Assembly: GCA_963713975.1 (NCBI GenBank)
Contig: OY970218.1
Coordinates: 416,001 to 480,000 of the forward strand
DNA from: an uncultured Chloroflexia bacterium
Lineage (GTDB): Bacteria > Chloroflexota > Limnocylindria > Limnocylindrales > CSP1-4
Direction: 5' to 3'
Length of the DNA stretch: 64,000 nucleotides
How positions within the stretch are numbered: position 1 is the first letter of the stretch; every line of letters begins with the position of its first letter. Of the stretch, positions 1 to 8,762 are shown in pieces. The notes beneath the pieces are model-generated. The model ran no database searches, was not told the origin of the DNA, and saw only the letters and a program-made list of their open reading frames with translations. The translations under genes were made by a program, and so were the position numbers.

Positions 1-276
1 GTTGCCGGTCGACGCACAGATCACGCTTCGGGCCCCCTCCTCCAGCGCCTTGGCAACCGCCATCACCATGCCCCGGTCCTTGAACGACCCGGTCGGGTTC
101 TGGCCCTCGATCTTGAGGTGGAGGTTGGGCACGCCGATCGCGGCACCCAGGCGGCGCGCGGGGACGAGCGGCGTGGCGCCCTCGCCCAAGGACACGACCG
201 GCGTGGCGTCGGTCACCGGCAGGAACTCGCGATAGCGCTCGACCAGGCGCGGGCGGGGCGGCAGCGTACGGGTCAC
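1..276 (-). CDS. thrC: Threonine synthase, N-terminal part (runs off the window edge)
   Basis: Manual translation: [21 protein letters not shown]...SLGEGATPL...[38 protein letters not shown]. Contains the PLP-lysine motif SFKDRG; lies directly downstream of hom. Confidence 0.93.
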   Translation of the reverse strand, partial: MTRTLPPRPRLVERYREFLPVTDATPVVSLGEGATPLVPARRLGAAIGVPNLHLKIEGQNPTGSFKDRGMVMAVAKALEEGARSVICASTGN

Positions 277-281
277 GAGGC

Positions 282-1403
282 TCAGTCCCCGAAGGGGTAG
301 CAGGCGCCGGACGGAGCGGTCACGCATTCCGCGGCGACCGGCCGGACCTCCAGGCCCGATAGTTCGACGGCGGGAGCGAGGCCGGCCCAGGTGGAGCCCA
401 CGCCGCGTGCGATGGCGACGAGATCGCCGAGTACCGCGGACGCCGCGGCAGCACCGCCGGCTCCGGGGCCCTCGAAGGCGATCCGGCCGACGGGAAGGGC
501 ATCGACCTCGACCCGGTTGAGCACGCCGTCGCAGCGCCCGAACGGCGATTCGGCCGGCACGGCCGTGGGCACGACCGACACCTCGATCGCGCCGTCCTCG
601 GTCACGCGGGAGGTGGCGACGAGGCGGAGCGTCCGGCCACCGTCCGCCAGCGCGGCAACGTCGTCCGCAGTCACGCCGGTGATGCCGGGGAGTCCCGCAG
701 CTCCGGTCGTGGTCCCCGGGCGGTTGCCGATGGCATCGACGCCGATCCAGTGCCCGAACGCGAGCCGGGTCAGGATCACGATCTTGTTGACCGCGTCCAT
801 GCCCTCCACGTCAGCCGTCGGATCCGCTTCCGCGTAGCCGCGTGCCTGCGCGTCCGCGAGCGCGTCCGCGTACGCGCGACCGTCGCGCGCCATCGCCGTC
901 AGCATGTAGTTGGTGGTGCCGTTGACGATGCCGCGCACCCGGACAACGCGATTCGGGGCGAGGTCCAGCGCGATGGGGCCCAGAAGGGGGATGCCTCCGC
1001 CCACGGCCGCCTCGAACCGGAGCATGGAGCCGGACTCGCGCGCCAGCCGCTCCAGCTCCGGCCCGTGGTGCGCGATCACGTGCTTGTTCGCGGTCACGAC
1101 GCTCTTGCCCGCCGCCAGCGCCGCGGCGATGAGGGTGCGGGCCGGCTCGGCGCCGCCCATGGTCTCCACGACGACATCGACCTCGTCGCTGGCGACCAGG
1201 TGCGCGGGCGCGTCGGTGAGCAGGGTCTCGGGGATCCCGGACGCGATCGCGCGGTCCGTGAACTTCTCCGCCACCGCGGTCAGGACGAGGGGTGCACCAT
1301 CGGCAGGCAGGAGACGCGGCGACCGGTCGAGGAAGGCGCGCACGACCTCGCGGCCGACGGTTCCGGCGCCGATGACGCCGACGCGCAGGGGCTGAACGCT
1401 CAC
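282..1403 (-). CDS. hom: Homoserine dehydrogenase (short form, no ACT domain)
   Basis: GVIGAGTVG Rossmann motif, [41 protein letters not shown] start at 1403 chosen within ORF 282..2018. Confidence 0.93.
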   Translation of the reverse strand: MSVQPLRVGVIGAGTVGREVVRAFLDRSPRLLPADGAPLVLTAVAEKFTDRAIASGIPETLLTDAPAHLVASDEVDVVVETMGGAEPARTLIAAALAAGKSVVTANKHVIAHHGPELERLARESGSMLRFEAAVGGGIPLLGPIALDLAPNRVVRVRGIVNGTTNYMLTAMARDGRAYADALADAQARGYAEADPTADVEGMDAVNKIVILTRLAFGHWIGVDAIGNRPGTTTGAAGLPGITGVTADDVAALADGGRTLRLVATSRVTEDGAIEVSVVPTAVPAESPFGRCDGVLNRVEVDALPVGRIAFEGPGAGGAAAASAVLGDLVAIARGVGSTWAGLAPAVELSGLEVRPVAAECVTAPSGACYPFGD

Positions 1404-1514
1404 GGTGGGGATCTCGCAGCTTGGGGTTGAGTGTGGGCGCGATGGTATCGAACACGGGCCTGCGACGGGCCGGGGGCCGCATCGGGCGGGTCCGGTCCCG
1501 TACACTCCGCGGCG

Positions 1515-2534
1515 ATGACAGTCGAGATCCTTCCGACCCCGGCGCCCGCCGCAGCCGCTGCCCCCCGGCCGCGGATCTTCTCGGGCATCCAGCCTTCCGG
1601 GACCGTCCACCTGGGCAACGACCTGGGGGCCGTCCGGAACTACGTGATGCTGCAGTACGAGTACGAGGCGATCTACTGCATCGTCGACTACCACGCCCTG
1701 ACCAGCACCCACGACGCGGATGTCCTCCGGCGCCGCACGCGGGAGATGGCCGCGGGGCTGCTGGCACTGGGCCTGGACCCGGAGCGCTGCACGCTGTTCG
1801 TCCAGAGCCACCGGCCGGAGCACGCGGAGCTGATGTGGCTGCTGGCCACCGTCACGCCCGTGAGCTGGCTGGAGCGCACGCCGACGTACAAGGACAAGGT
1901 CGCCAACCAGCCGGACGACGTGAACCACGGGCTGCTCACCTACCCCGTCCTCCAGGCGGCCGACATCGTCATCTACAAGGCGTCGCTGGTCCCGGTCGGG
2001 AAGGACCAGGCCGCGCATCTCGAGCTATCGCGCGAGATCGTGCGGGCCTTCAACTACCGCTACGGGGAGACGTTCCCGGAGCCGCAGGCGGTGTACACGA
2101 GCGCGCCGGTCGTCCTGGGCACCGATGGCGTCAAGAAGATGTCGAAGTCGGTCGGCAACACGATCGACATCCTCGGCGACCCGGACGAGATCCGGCGCCA
2201 GGTCATGAGCATGGTCACCGACACGAAGCGGGGCCTGCGCTCGGAGCCGGGCCGGCCCGAGGTTTGCAACGTGTGCCAGCTCCACCGGTTCTTCGGTGAC
2301 GACTACGAGGAAATCTGGGACGGCGAGCGGACCGCCCGGACGGGGTGCGTCGACACCAAGAAGCTGCTCGTGGAACGGATCACCTCGCACTACGCGGCGG
2401 CCCGGGAGCGCTACGCGGAGCTGATGGCCGACCCGGCCGAGGTGGACGGGATCCTGGAGGCCGGCGCCGACCGGCTCAAGCCGATGGCCGCGGCCACGCT
2501 GGCCGAGGTCAAGGAGAAGATGGGCCTGCGCTAG
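1515..2534 (+). CDS. trpS: Tryptophan--tRNA ligase
   Basis: FSGIQPSG, HLGN (HIGH motif), YPVLQAADI, VPVGKDQ, KMSKS. ATG lies 8 nt after TACACT. Confidence 0.96.
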   Translation: MTVEILPTPAPAAAAAPRPRIFSGIQPSGTVHLGNDLGAVRNYVMLQYEYEAIYCIVDYHALTSTHDADVLRRRTREMAAGLLALGLDPERCTLFVQSHRPEHAELMWLLATVTPVSWLERTPTYKDKVANQPDDVNHGLLTYPVLQAADIVIYKASLVPVGKDQAAHLELSREIVRAFNYRYGETFPEPQAVYTSAPVVLGTDGVKKMSKSVGNTIDILGDPDEIRRQVMSMVTDTKRGLRSEPGRPEVCNVCQLHRFFGDDYEEIWDGERTARTGCVDTKKLLVERITSHYAAARERYAELMADPAEVDGILEAGADRLKPMAAATLAEVKEKMGLR

Positions 2535-2576
2535 ACACCCCGCCGCATGGACCGCCGCGGCCCTAGACTGCACCGC

Positions 2577-3839
2577 ATGCCGATGGATCCTCTCACCGCG
2601 CGTCAACGTCGCCTGGTCGACGCCGTCCTCGTCCTTGCGGTCATCGCCCTCGGATTCATCGTCATCAACGACTTCGCGACGGTCTTCTACGCGTTCTTCG
2701 ACGTCCTGCTGCTGTTCTTCCTGGCCTGGCTGCTCTCGTTTGCGCTGCTGCCGCTGATCAAGGTGGTGGCCCGGGTCCCCAAGGTCCCCCAGGCGGGCGC
2801 CGTGATCATCGTCTACCTCTCGATCGTGGGCGTGCTGCTGGGCCTCCTGGTCCAGGCGTCGGCGACTCTGGCCTCCTCGATCAGCGAGTTCATCCGGGAG
2901 TCCGCGAGCTTCGAGGCCCAGCTGACTAGCCTGCTGGCAGACCTCCAGTCCCGCCTGTCGGCGCTCGGGCTCGGCGTCGACCTGGTCAGCCAGGCGCCGG
3001 TCATCGTCACCAACCTCCAGCAATGGGCGGTGGAGCTCGTAGGGCCGCTCCAGTCGGTGGCCGTGGCCAGCATCGGCATCTTCGGCAACATCCTGATCAC
3101 CGTCATCCTGTCGATCTACATCGCGCTCGATCGTGAAGGCATCCTCGCCTTCGTCTACCGCCTCGTGCCGCCCTCGCTCGTGCCGCAGGCGCGGATCCTC
3201 CAGGCCAGCGTGTCCAGGTCGTTCGGCGGGTTCCTGCGCGGCCAGCTGATCCTGGGCCTGGTCTTCGGCGTATTCACGGCGGCCGTCAACATCATCTTCG
3301 GGCTGCAGTACGCGGCCCTCACGACGGTGGCGGCCGGCCTGCTCCAGATGATCCCGTTCTTCGGGCCCTTCGTGTCCTGGCTGCCACCCGTCCTGGTCGT
3401 CCTGATCATGCCCGACGGCCCGGTGCTGCCGGTCATGATCCTGATGGGCGTCGCCTGGTTCGTGGTGATGAACGTCCTCCAGCCGCGGCTCATGTCCGGC
3501 TCGGTGGGGATCCACCCGATCATCGTGCTGGGGTCGGTCATCGTCGGCGCGAAGATCGCCGGAATCCCGGGCGCGATCTTCGGCATCCCGATCGCCGCCG
3601 TCCTGTCGGCCCTGTTCTTCCACTGGGTCGCGCGATCGAGGGAAGGCGGCACCGTGGCGGACCGGGCCACGCAGCGTCTCGCCGCCCGAGAGGGGCGCGA
3701 GGTGCGACGCCCCCGCGAGCCCGTGCCGGGGGTCGACGCGGACGTCGACGAGGTCGTCCTGGGGCGGGTCTCCCAGGCCCATCCGCTCGAGGCCGACGAG
3801 GCGGAGCCGCTCGAGGCCGACGACGAGACCGGGTCATGA
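2577..3839 (+). CDS. AI-2E family transporter (PerM/YhhT-like permease)
   Basis: Multiple TM segments; GFLRGQL, IPFFGP and LQPRLMSGSVGIHP motifs are typical of the family. Confidence 0.88.
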   Translation: MPMDPLTARQRRLVDAVLVLAVIALGFIVINDFATVFYAFFDVLLLFFLAWLLSFALLPLIKVVARVPKVPQAGAVIIVYLSIVGVLLGLLVQASATLASSISEFIRESASFEAQLTSLLADLQSRLSALGLGVDLVSQAPVIVTNLQQWAVELVGPLQSVAVASIGIFGNILITVILSIYIALDREGILAFVYRLVPPSLVPQARILQASVSRSFGGFLRGQLILGLVFGVFTAAVNIIFGLQYAALTTVAAGLLQMIPFFGPFVSWLPPVLVVLIMPDGPVLPVMILMGVAWFVVMNVLQPRLMSGSVGIHPIIVLGSVIVGAKIAGIPGAIFGIPIAAVLSALFFHWVARSREGGTVADRATQRLAAREGREVRRPREPVPGVDADVDEVVLGRVSQAHPLEADEAEPLEADDETGS

Positions 3840-4897
3840 GCGACGAGCCGGAGGACGTCGGCACGGAACGCGGTGGTCCGGACGGGGATCCAGCGGCCGG
3901 TGGCCAGGCACCCGACATGACGCGCGAGCGGGCCCGTGCGGAGCGACGGGACCTGGACAAGGAGCGCGGCGAGCCGGTCGCGGGGTCGCGCGGCAAGCCC
4001 CGTTCGCTCAAGCGCGTGGGGCGCGCTCTCGGCGACTGGACCACGCGGCCGCGGATCCTCGTCACCAACGACGATGGGATCGAGTCCAGGGGCCTCCTGG
4101 CCCTCAAGCTGGCGCTGGATCCCATCGGGGACGTCACCGTGGTCGCGCCGGACATGAACCAGTCGGCCGTGGGCCACCAGAAGACGCTGATGCGTCCACT
4201 GCGCGTCCGGGAGCGCACGCTGGCGGATGGCTCGACCGGGTACTCCATCGACGGCTCCCCCACCGACTGCGTCTCCCTCGCCTTCCTCGGGTTCTTCGAG
4301 GAGCGCTTCGACCTCGTTGCGTCGGGCATCAACTACGGCGCCAACCTGGGCGACGACATCACCTACTCCGGCACGGTGTCGGCGGCGATGGAGGCGGTCA
4401 TCAACAGCTGCCCGGCCTTCGCCATCAGCCAGGAGTACGAGGAGCACATCGACTTCGCGCTCGCCGCCAGGGCCGCCGCCATCACGGCGCGCAACATCCT
4501 GGAGCACGGCCTCAAGCGGGGCGAGCTGCTGTCGGTCAATGTGCCGGCGGTGTCCGTCGAGGCCTGTGAGGGGTTCGAGGTCACGCGCGTCGGCCGCCGC
4601 GTGTACCAGGACGAGCTGATCCGGCGCGTCGACCCGCGGGGGCTCCCCTACTACTGGATCGGCGGGCCGCCGCCGTCCGGCATCAGCGTGCCCGGGACGG
4701 ACTTCAACGCGGTGGTCAACCGGCGCGTCTCCGTGACGCCGATCCACCTGGACCTCACGGGCCGACGGCTGCTTCGGCAGCTGCAGGGCTGGGACTGGGC
4801 GCTCGAGAGCTCCGCGGCCGGCGAGGACGATGTGCCGGTGACGAGCCCCGTGGAGCAGGACCGGATCGCCGAAGAGGTCCAGATCGAGCGCCGCTAG
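3836..4897 (+). CDS. surE: 5'/3'-nucleotidase SurE with an N-terminal low-complexity extension
   Basis: ILVTNDDGI, GSPTDCV, SGINYGANLG, YSGTVSAA. ATGA overlap with the upstream gene. Confidence 0.93.
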   Translation: MSDEPEDVGTERGGPDGDPAAGGQAPDMTRERARAERRDLDKERGEPVAGSRGKPRSLKRVGRALGDWTTRPRILVTNDDGIESRGLLALKLALDPIGDVTVVAPDMNQSAVGHQKTLMRPLRVRERTLADGSTGYSIDGSPTDCVSLAFLGFFEERFDLVASGINYGANLGDDITYSGTVSAAMEAVINSCPAFAISQEYEEHIDFALAARAAAITARNILEHGLKRGELLSVNVPAVSVEACEGFEVTRVGRRVYQDELIRRVDPRGLPYYWIGGPPPSGISVPGTDFNAVVNRRVSVTPIHLDLTGRRLLRQLQGWDWALESSAAGEDDVPVTSPVEQDRIAEEVQIERR

Positions 4898-5119
4898 CCG
4901 AGTCAGCCTCGGCCGCGTCGCTCACCACCATCACGGCGACGACGAACGCGTACGGCTGCCACACCCCGCCGCACGGTCTCGGGGCTGATGTGCTCCCAGC
5001 GCTCGTCCACGGGCCGGCCCGCCCGGCCGCTCGCGTGGTCGGCGCCCGTTCGCTCGTTGATGGCGAGCAGCGACCGTCCATGCGCCGCCGATTGACCCGG
5101 TCCACTCGCCAATGGCGAG

Positions 5120-5303
5120 CGAGGCGTCGTTCATGGACCGCGAACAGGCCGCCCAGCGAGCGCCGGGGAGCGCGGCGGCCCGCGCTATCGCCCTACGGCG
5201 GCCCCCAGGTGAACGCGAGGTGGTCCCAGACGAGCAGCGCGTCCCAGCCCGCAGACGTGGCGGACCGCGCAAGGTCGCCACGAGCCGGGCGTCCGCGAAG
5301 CCG
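5120..5303 (-). repeat. 184-bp repeat, copy 1 (inverted copy at 52609..52792)
   Basis: Base-by-base comparison: the reverse complement of 5120..5303 is identical to 52609..52792. Confidence 0.95.
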
Positions 5304-5331
5304 CCGAGGTTCATAGGGACAACCCGGAGCG
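5193..5331 (-). pseudogene. Frameshifted N-terminal remnant of an LLM-class (luciferase-like) flavin-dependent oxidoreductase
   Basis: Joining frames gives RSGLS-L-MNLGGFADARLVA-DLARSATSAGWDALLVWDHLAFTWGPP*, which resembles the LLM N-terminus (A..AGWD...WDH). Two frameshifts plus a TAG stop. Confidence 0.7.
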
Positions 5332-5383
5332 CGTCGGCGCCTCCTTGCGCATGGGCGGGCCCGAGCCCGTAAGTCCTTCCGGC

Positions 5384-6997
5384 TCAGCGCCGGCGCTTCT
5401 TCCGGTCGGCGATCACCTCGCGAGCCGCGTTGCGGCCGGGCGTGGCGGTGACGCCGCCACCCGGGTGCGCGCCGGAGCCCGCGAGGTACAGCCCGTCGAC
5501 CGGCATCCGGTAGCGCGCCCAGCCGAGCAGCGGCCGCCACAGGAAGAACGAGTCGAGGGCCGGCTCGGCATGGAGGGGATGACCACCGGTGAGCCCGTAC
5601 TCGTGCTCGAGGTCCGCGGGTGTGAGCACCTGGCGGGCGGTGACGCGGGAGCCCAGTCCCGGGGCCACCGTCTCCAGCGTCCGGATCGCCAGGTCGCCCA
5701 CCTCGTCGCGTCGGCCGGCCCATGCGTCGGGCGTCAGGCCCGGCGGCATCCACTGCATGAGCACGCTCATGACGTGCGTGCCGTCGGGGGCATCGGCGAC
5801 GAGCGACGGGTCGACGAGGGACGGGATCGTGGCCTCGAGCACCGGCGACGCCGGCAGCAGGCCGTACTTGGAGGCGTCGAACGCCCGCTCCATGTCGTCG
5901 ATGGCGGTCGTGCCCACCTGGATCCGGCCACGCAGCTTCCTGGCGTCGCCGGCGGCGGCCGGGAACTCCGGCAGCCCATCAAGGACCAGGTTGACCTTGG
6001 CGACCGTCCCCGGCGTCCGGATGTTGCCGGCCCGCCAGCGCATCGACGGCCCGACCGTCACCGGATCGACCAGCGACGTCAGCAGCTGCTTGGGATCGAG
6101 GCCCGAGACCACGGCCGGGGCCACGATCTCCTCGCCCGATGCCAGCGCCACGCCGGTGACCGCGCCATCCCGCGTGGTGACGGCGACGACCTTGACCCCG
6201 GTGCGGATCTCCGCGCCGGCGGCGCGGGCAGCGGATGCCAGGGCGTTGGACACGGCGGACGGGCCGCCCTTCGCGTAGACCGTCTCGCCGGCCGCCCCGC
6301 CGTCGTTGCCCGCGGCGTCGGCCAGCAGCACGGCGGTCGTGCCCGCGGACCACGGGCCCATGGCGGTGTAGCGGACGCCCCGCCAAGCGGTGGTTGCCCG
6401 GATTGACTCCGAGCTGAACGACTCCGCCACGAAGTCCGCGGCCGCCATCGCCAGCACGCGCAGGATCGTGCGCCCGTCGTGCCTGCCCAGGCCGCGGAAC
6501 GCGCGACCGAGCCGCAGGCCCAGCAGCGCATCGCCAAAGCCGGGTCCCTTGATGTCGGGCGGGGCCTCGTCGCCGAGGTCTGCGAGGAAGGTCGAGAGCG
6601 AGCGGACGCGCCGGTCGTACTCGACGAACGAGGTGGCGTCGTCGTCCGAGAAGGCGCGCAGCGCCTCGACGCTCTTGGCCAGGTCCGCGTACAGCGTCAC
6701 GGCTCGACCGTCGGCCTGGGGCGCGAAGACGCGGACCTCCGGCGCGACCAGCGCCAGGCCGTGCTGCGCGAGCTCCAGCTCGCGGGCGACCGATGGCCGC
6801 AGGCGGCCGACGGTGTGGGCGAGCGTCGGGACACGGGCACCGCCCAGGTCCTCGGTGACGGCCGCGCCGCCGACGATGCCGCGGGCCTCGAGCACGAGGA
6901 CGCGCAGGCCGGCCCTCGCCATGTAGGCCGCCGAGGTGAGGCCGTTGTGGCCCGCCCCGACGACGATCGCGTCGTAGGTGTTCATCACGTGGGCCAT
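5384..6997 (-). CDS. FAD-dependent oxidoreductase, phytoene-desaturase/PYROXD2-like (second paralog)
   Basis: IVVGAGHNGL FAD motif, GGAAVTE, TPADLEHEYGLTGGH, LYLAGSGAHPGGGV. Confidence 0.88.
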   Translation of the reverse strand: MAHVMNTYDAIVVGAGHNGLTSAAYMARAGLRVLVLEARGIVGGAAVTEDLGGARVPTLAHTVGRLRPSVARELELAQHGLALVAPEVRVFAPQADGRAVTLYADLAKSVEALRAFSDDDATSFVEYDRRVRSLSTFLADLGDEAPPDIKGPGFGDALLGLRLGRAFRGLGRHDGRTILRVLAMAAADFVAESFSSESIRATTAWRGVRYTAMGPWSAGTTAVLLADAAGNDGGAAGETVYAKGGPSAVSNALASAARAAGAEIRTGVKVVAVTTRDGAVTGVALASGEEIVAPAVVSGLDPKQLLTSLVDPVTVGPSMRWRAGNIRTPGTVAKVNLVLDGLPEFPAAAGDARKLRGRIQVGTTAIDDMERAFDASKYGLLPASPVLEATIPSLVDPSLVADAPDGTHVMSVLMQWMPPGLTPDAWAGRRDEVGDLAIRTLETVAPGLGSRVTARQVLTPADLEHEYGLTGGHPLHAEPALDSFFLWRPLLGWARYRMPVDGLYLAGSGAHPGGGVTATPGRNAAREVIADRKKRRR

Positions 6998-6999
6998 GG

Positions 7000-8628
7000 T
7001 CAGGCCACCTTCCGGCCGCGGGACTTGAGGACCTCGAGGGCCGCCAGCCGGCCGTTGGCACCCATCAGGCCACCCCCGGGATGCGTGGACGAGCCCGACA
7101 GCCAGAGGTTCTGGACGGGGGTCCGGAACCTGGCGTAGCCCGGGACCGGGCGGTTGAAGAACAGCTGCTCCAGGGTGAGCTCACCCTGGAAGATGTTCCC
7201 CTCCGTGAGCCCCATCGTGCGCTCGATATCGAGCGGGGTGAGGACCTGGCGGCCGATGATGATGTCCCGGATGTTGGGCGCGAACTCCGCGATCCGGTTG
7301 ATCACCGCGTCGCCGAACGCCTCCCGGTTGCCGTTCTCGTCCCACGTTCCCAGCTCCGGCGCCAGCTTGTACGGCGCGTACTGGACGAAGCAGCTGATGA
7401 CGTGCTTGCCGGGAGGGGCCATCCCGGGATCGACCAGGGTGGGGATGATCATGTCCACGTACGGGCGGTTGCTCCAGTGGCCGTACTTGGCGTCGTCGTA
7501 GGCCTGCTCCATCTCGCGGGTCGAGGGGCTGAAGGAGACGGCGCCACGCAGGTGCTCGCCCTCACCGGGGAGGCAGGTGAAGTCGGGCAGGCGGTCGACC
7601 GCCAGGTTGACCTTGCCCGAGCTGCCGCGGAACTTGAAGCGCCGGATCTCCTGCTCGAACTCGGGCTCCAGGGTGCCCGGCTCCAGCAGGTCCAGGAAGG
7701 TGACCTTGGCATCGGTGGACGCGAGGACGACCGATGCCTCGATCTCCTCGCCCGACTCGAGCGCCACCCCGGTGGCGCGGCCGCCCTTGACGATGATCCG
7801 GGCGACGGGTGCCTCGGTGCGGATCTCGGCGCCCAGCGCCTGCGCGGCGCGGGCGATCGAGTAGGAGACGCCGCCGGTGCCGCCCTTGGGGATGCCCCAG
7901 GCCCGGAACGCGCCGTCGATCTCGCCCATGTAGTGGTGCAGCAGGACGTAGGCGGTGCCGGGGCTCCGGATGCCCTGGTAGGTGCCGATGATGCCGGACG
8001 CGGACATCGTGGCCTTCAGCGGGTCGGTCTCGAACCACTGGTCCAGGAAGTCCTTGGCGGACATCGTCATGAGCTGGACGAAGACCGCCTGCTGGCGCTC
8101 CGGCAGCTGCGCGAAGCGGCGGGCGAGGCTCGCCAGCGGCATCATCGGACGCGGGTCGTTGTCGGTGGGGTCGGCTGGCACGATGCCCAGGATCGGCTTG
8201 ATGAAGCGGGCCATCTCCACCATGAGCTGGCCGTACTCCTCGTACGCCTCGGCGTCGCTCTTGCTCCAGCGGCGAAGCTCGCGGACGGTCCGGCCGTGGT
8301 CGTTGACGCGCCACAGGTAGTCGCCGCCGCCGCCCTTCGGCCCCTCGCCGGGACGGAGCGGGGTGAACGTGCCGTCGAGCGGGAGGATGTCCAGGCCGTG
8401 CTTGGGGAGGTCCAGGTCCCGGATGATCTCCGGCCGCAGCAGGCTGACGACGTAGCTGGCCACGGAGAACCGGAAGCCCGGCACGATCTCCTCGGTGACC
8501 GCGGCACCGCCCAGGACGTGGCGCCGCTCGAGGACCAGCGTCTTGAGCCCGGCGCGCGCCAGGTAGGCGGCGGAGATGAGGCCGTTGTGCCCCCCGCCGA
8601 TGATCACCGCGTCGTAGCGCTGCGCCAC
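7000..8628 (-). CDS. FAD-dependent oxidoreductase, phytoene-desaturase/PYROXD2-like (first paralog)
   Basis: IIGGGHNGL, GGAAVTEEIVPGFRFSVASYVVSLLRP, GTAYVLLHHYMG, TPLDIERTMGLTEGNIFQG, GSSTHPGGG. Confidence 0.92.
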   Translation of the reverse strand: MAQRYDAVIIGGGHNGLISAAYLARAGLKTLVLERRHVLGGAAVTEEIVPGFRFSVASYVVSLLRPEIIRDLDLPKHGLDILPLDGTFTPLRPGEGPKGGGGDYLWRVNDHGRTVRELRRWSKSDAEAYEEYGQLMVEMARFIKPILGIVPADPTDNDPRPMMPLASLARRFAQLPERQQAVFVQLMTMSAKDFLDQWFETDPLKATMSASGIIGTYQGIRSPGTAYVLLHHYMGEIDGAFRAWGIPKGGTGGVSYSIARAAQALGAEIRTEAPVARIIVKGGRATGVALESGEEIEASVVLASTDAKVTFLDLLEPGTLEPEFEQEIRRFKFRGSSGKVNLAVDRLPDFTCLPGEGEHLRGAVSFSPSTREMEQAYDDAKYGHWSNRPYVDMIIPTLVDPGMAPPGKHVISCFVQYAPYKLAPELGTWDENGNREAFGDAVINRIAEFAPNIRDIIIGRQVLTPLDIERTMGLTEGNIFQGELTLEQLFFNRPVPGYARFRTPVQNLWLSGSSTHPGGGLMGANGRLAALEVLKSRGRKVA

Positions 8629-8700
8629 GCCACCCTCCAGTCGGGACGGTGCGACCGGGCTTTGCGCTCCATGCGATGCGCACGGAGCCGATCGCTTATT

Positions 8701-8726
8701 CAGCCTGCATCGTGTTGATGCAGTCT
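8701..8726. promoter_or_regulatory. Palindromic operator CAGCCTGCATC-N5-GATGCAGTCT upstream of the oxidoreductase pair
   Basis: TGCAT-N7-ATGCA dyad overlapping a minus-strand TAGACT -10-like hexamer. The same motif recurs at 12274..12299. Confidence 0.6.
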
Positions 8727-8762
8727 AGCGCGAGACGGCCGGCGCCCCGGAGGCATCGATCC

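Noticed and set aside
2255-2365. Cys residues in the TrpRS C-terminal domain suggesting a [4Fe-4S] site
   Set aside because: Only three Cys are present (CNVC...GCVDT); the four-Cys spacing known from Thermotoga-type TrpRS is not met.
5384-8628. Carotenoid biosynthesis (crtI/crtO) interpretation of the two flavoproteins
   Set aside because: There are no crtB, crtE or cyclase genes in the window; the context is amine/C1 metabolism and there is a shared operator with the GcvT-like gene.
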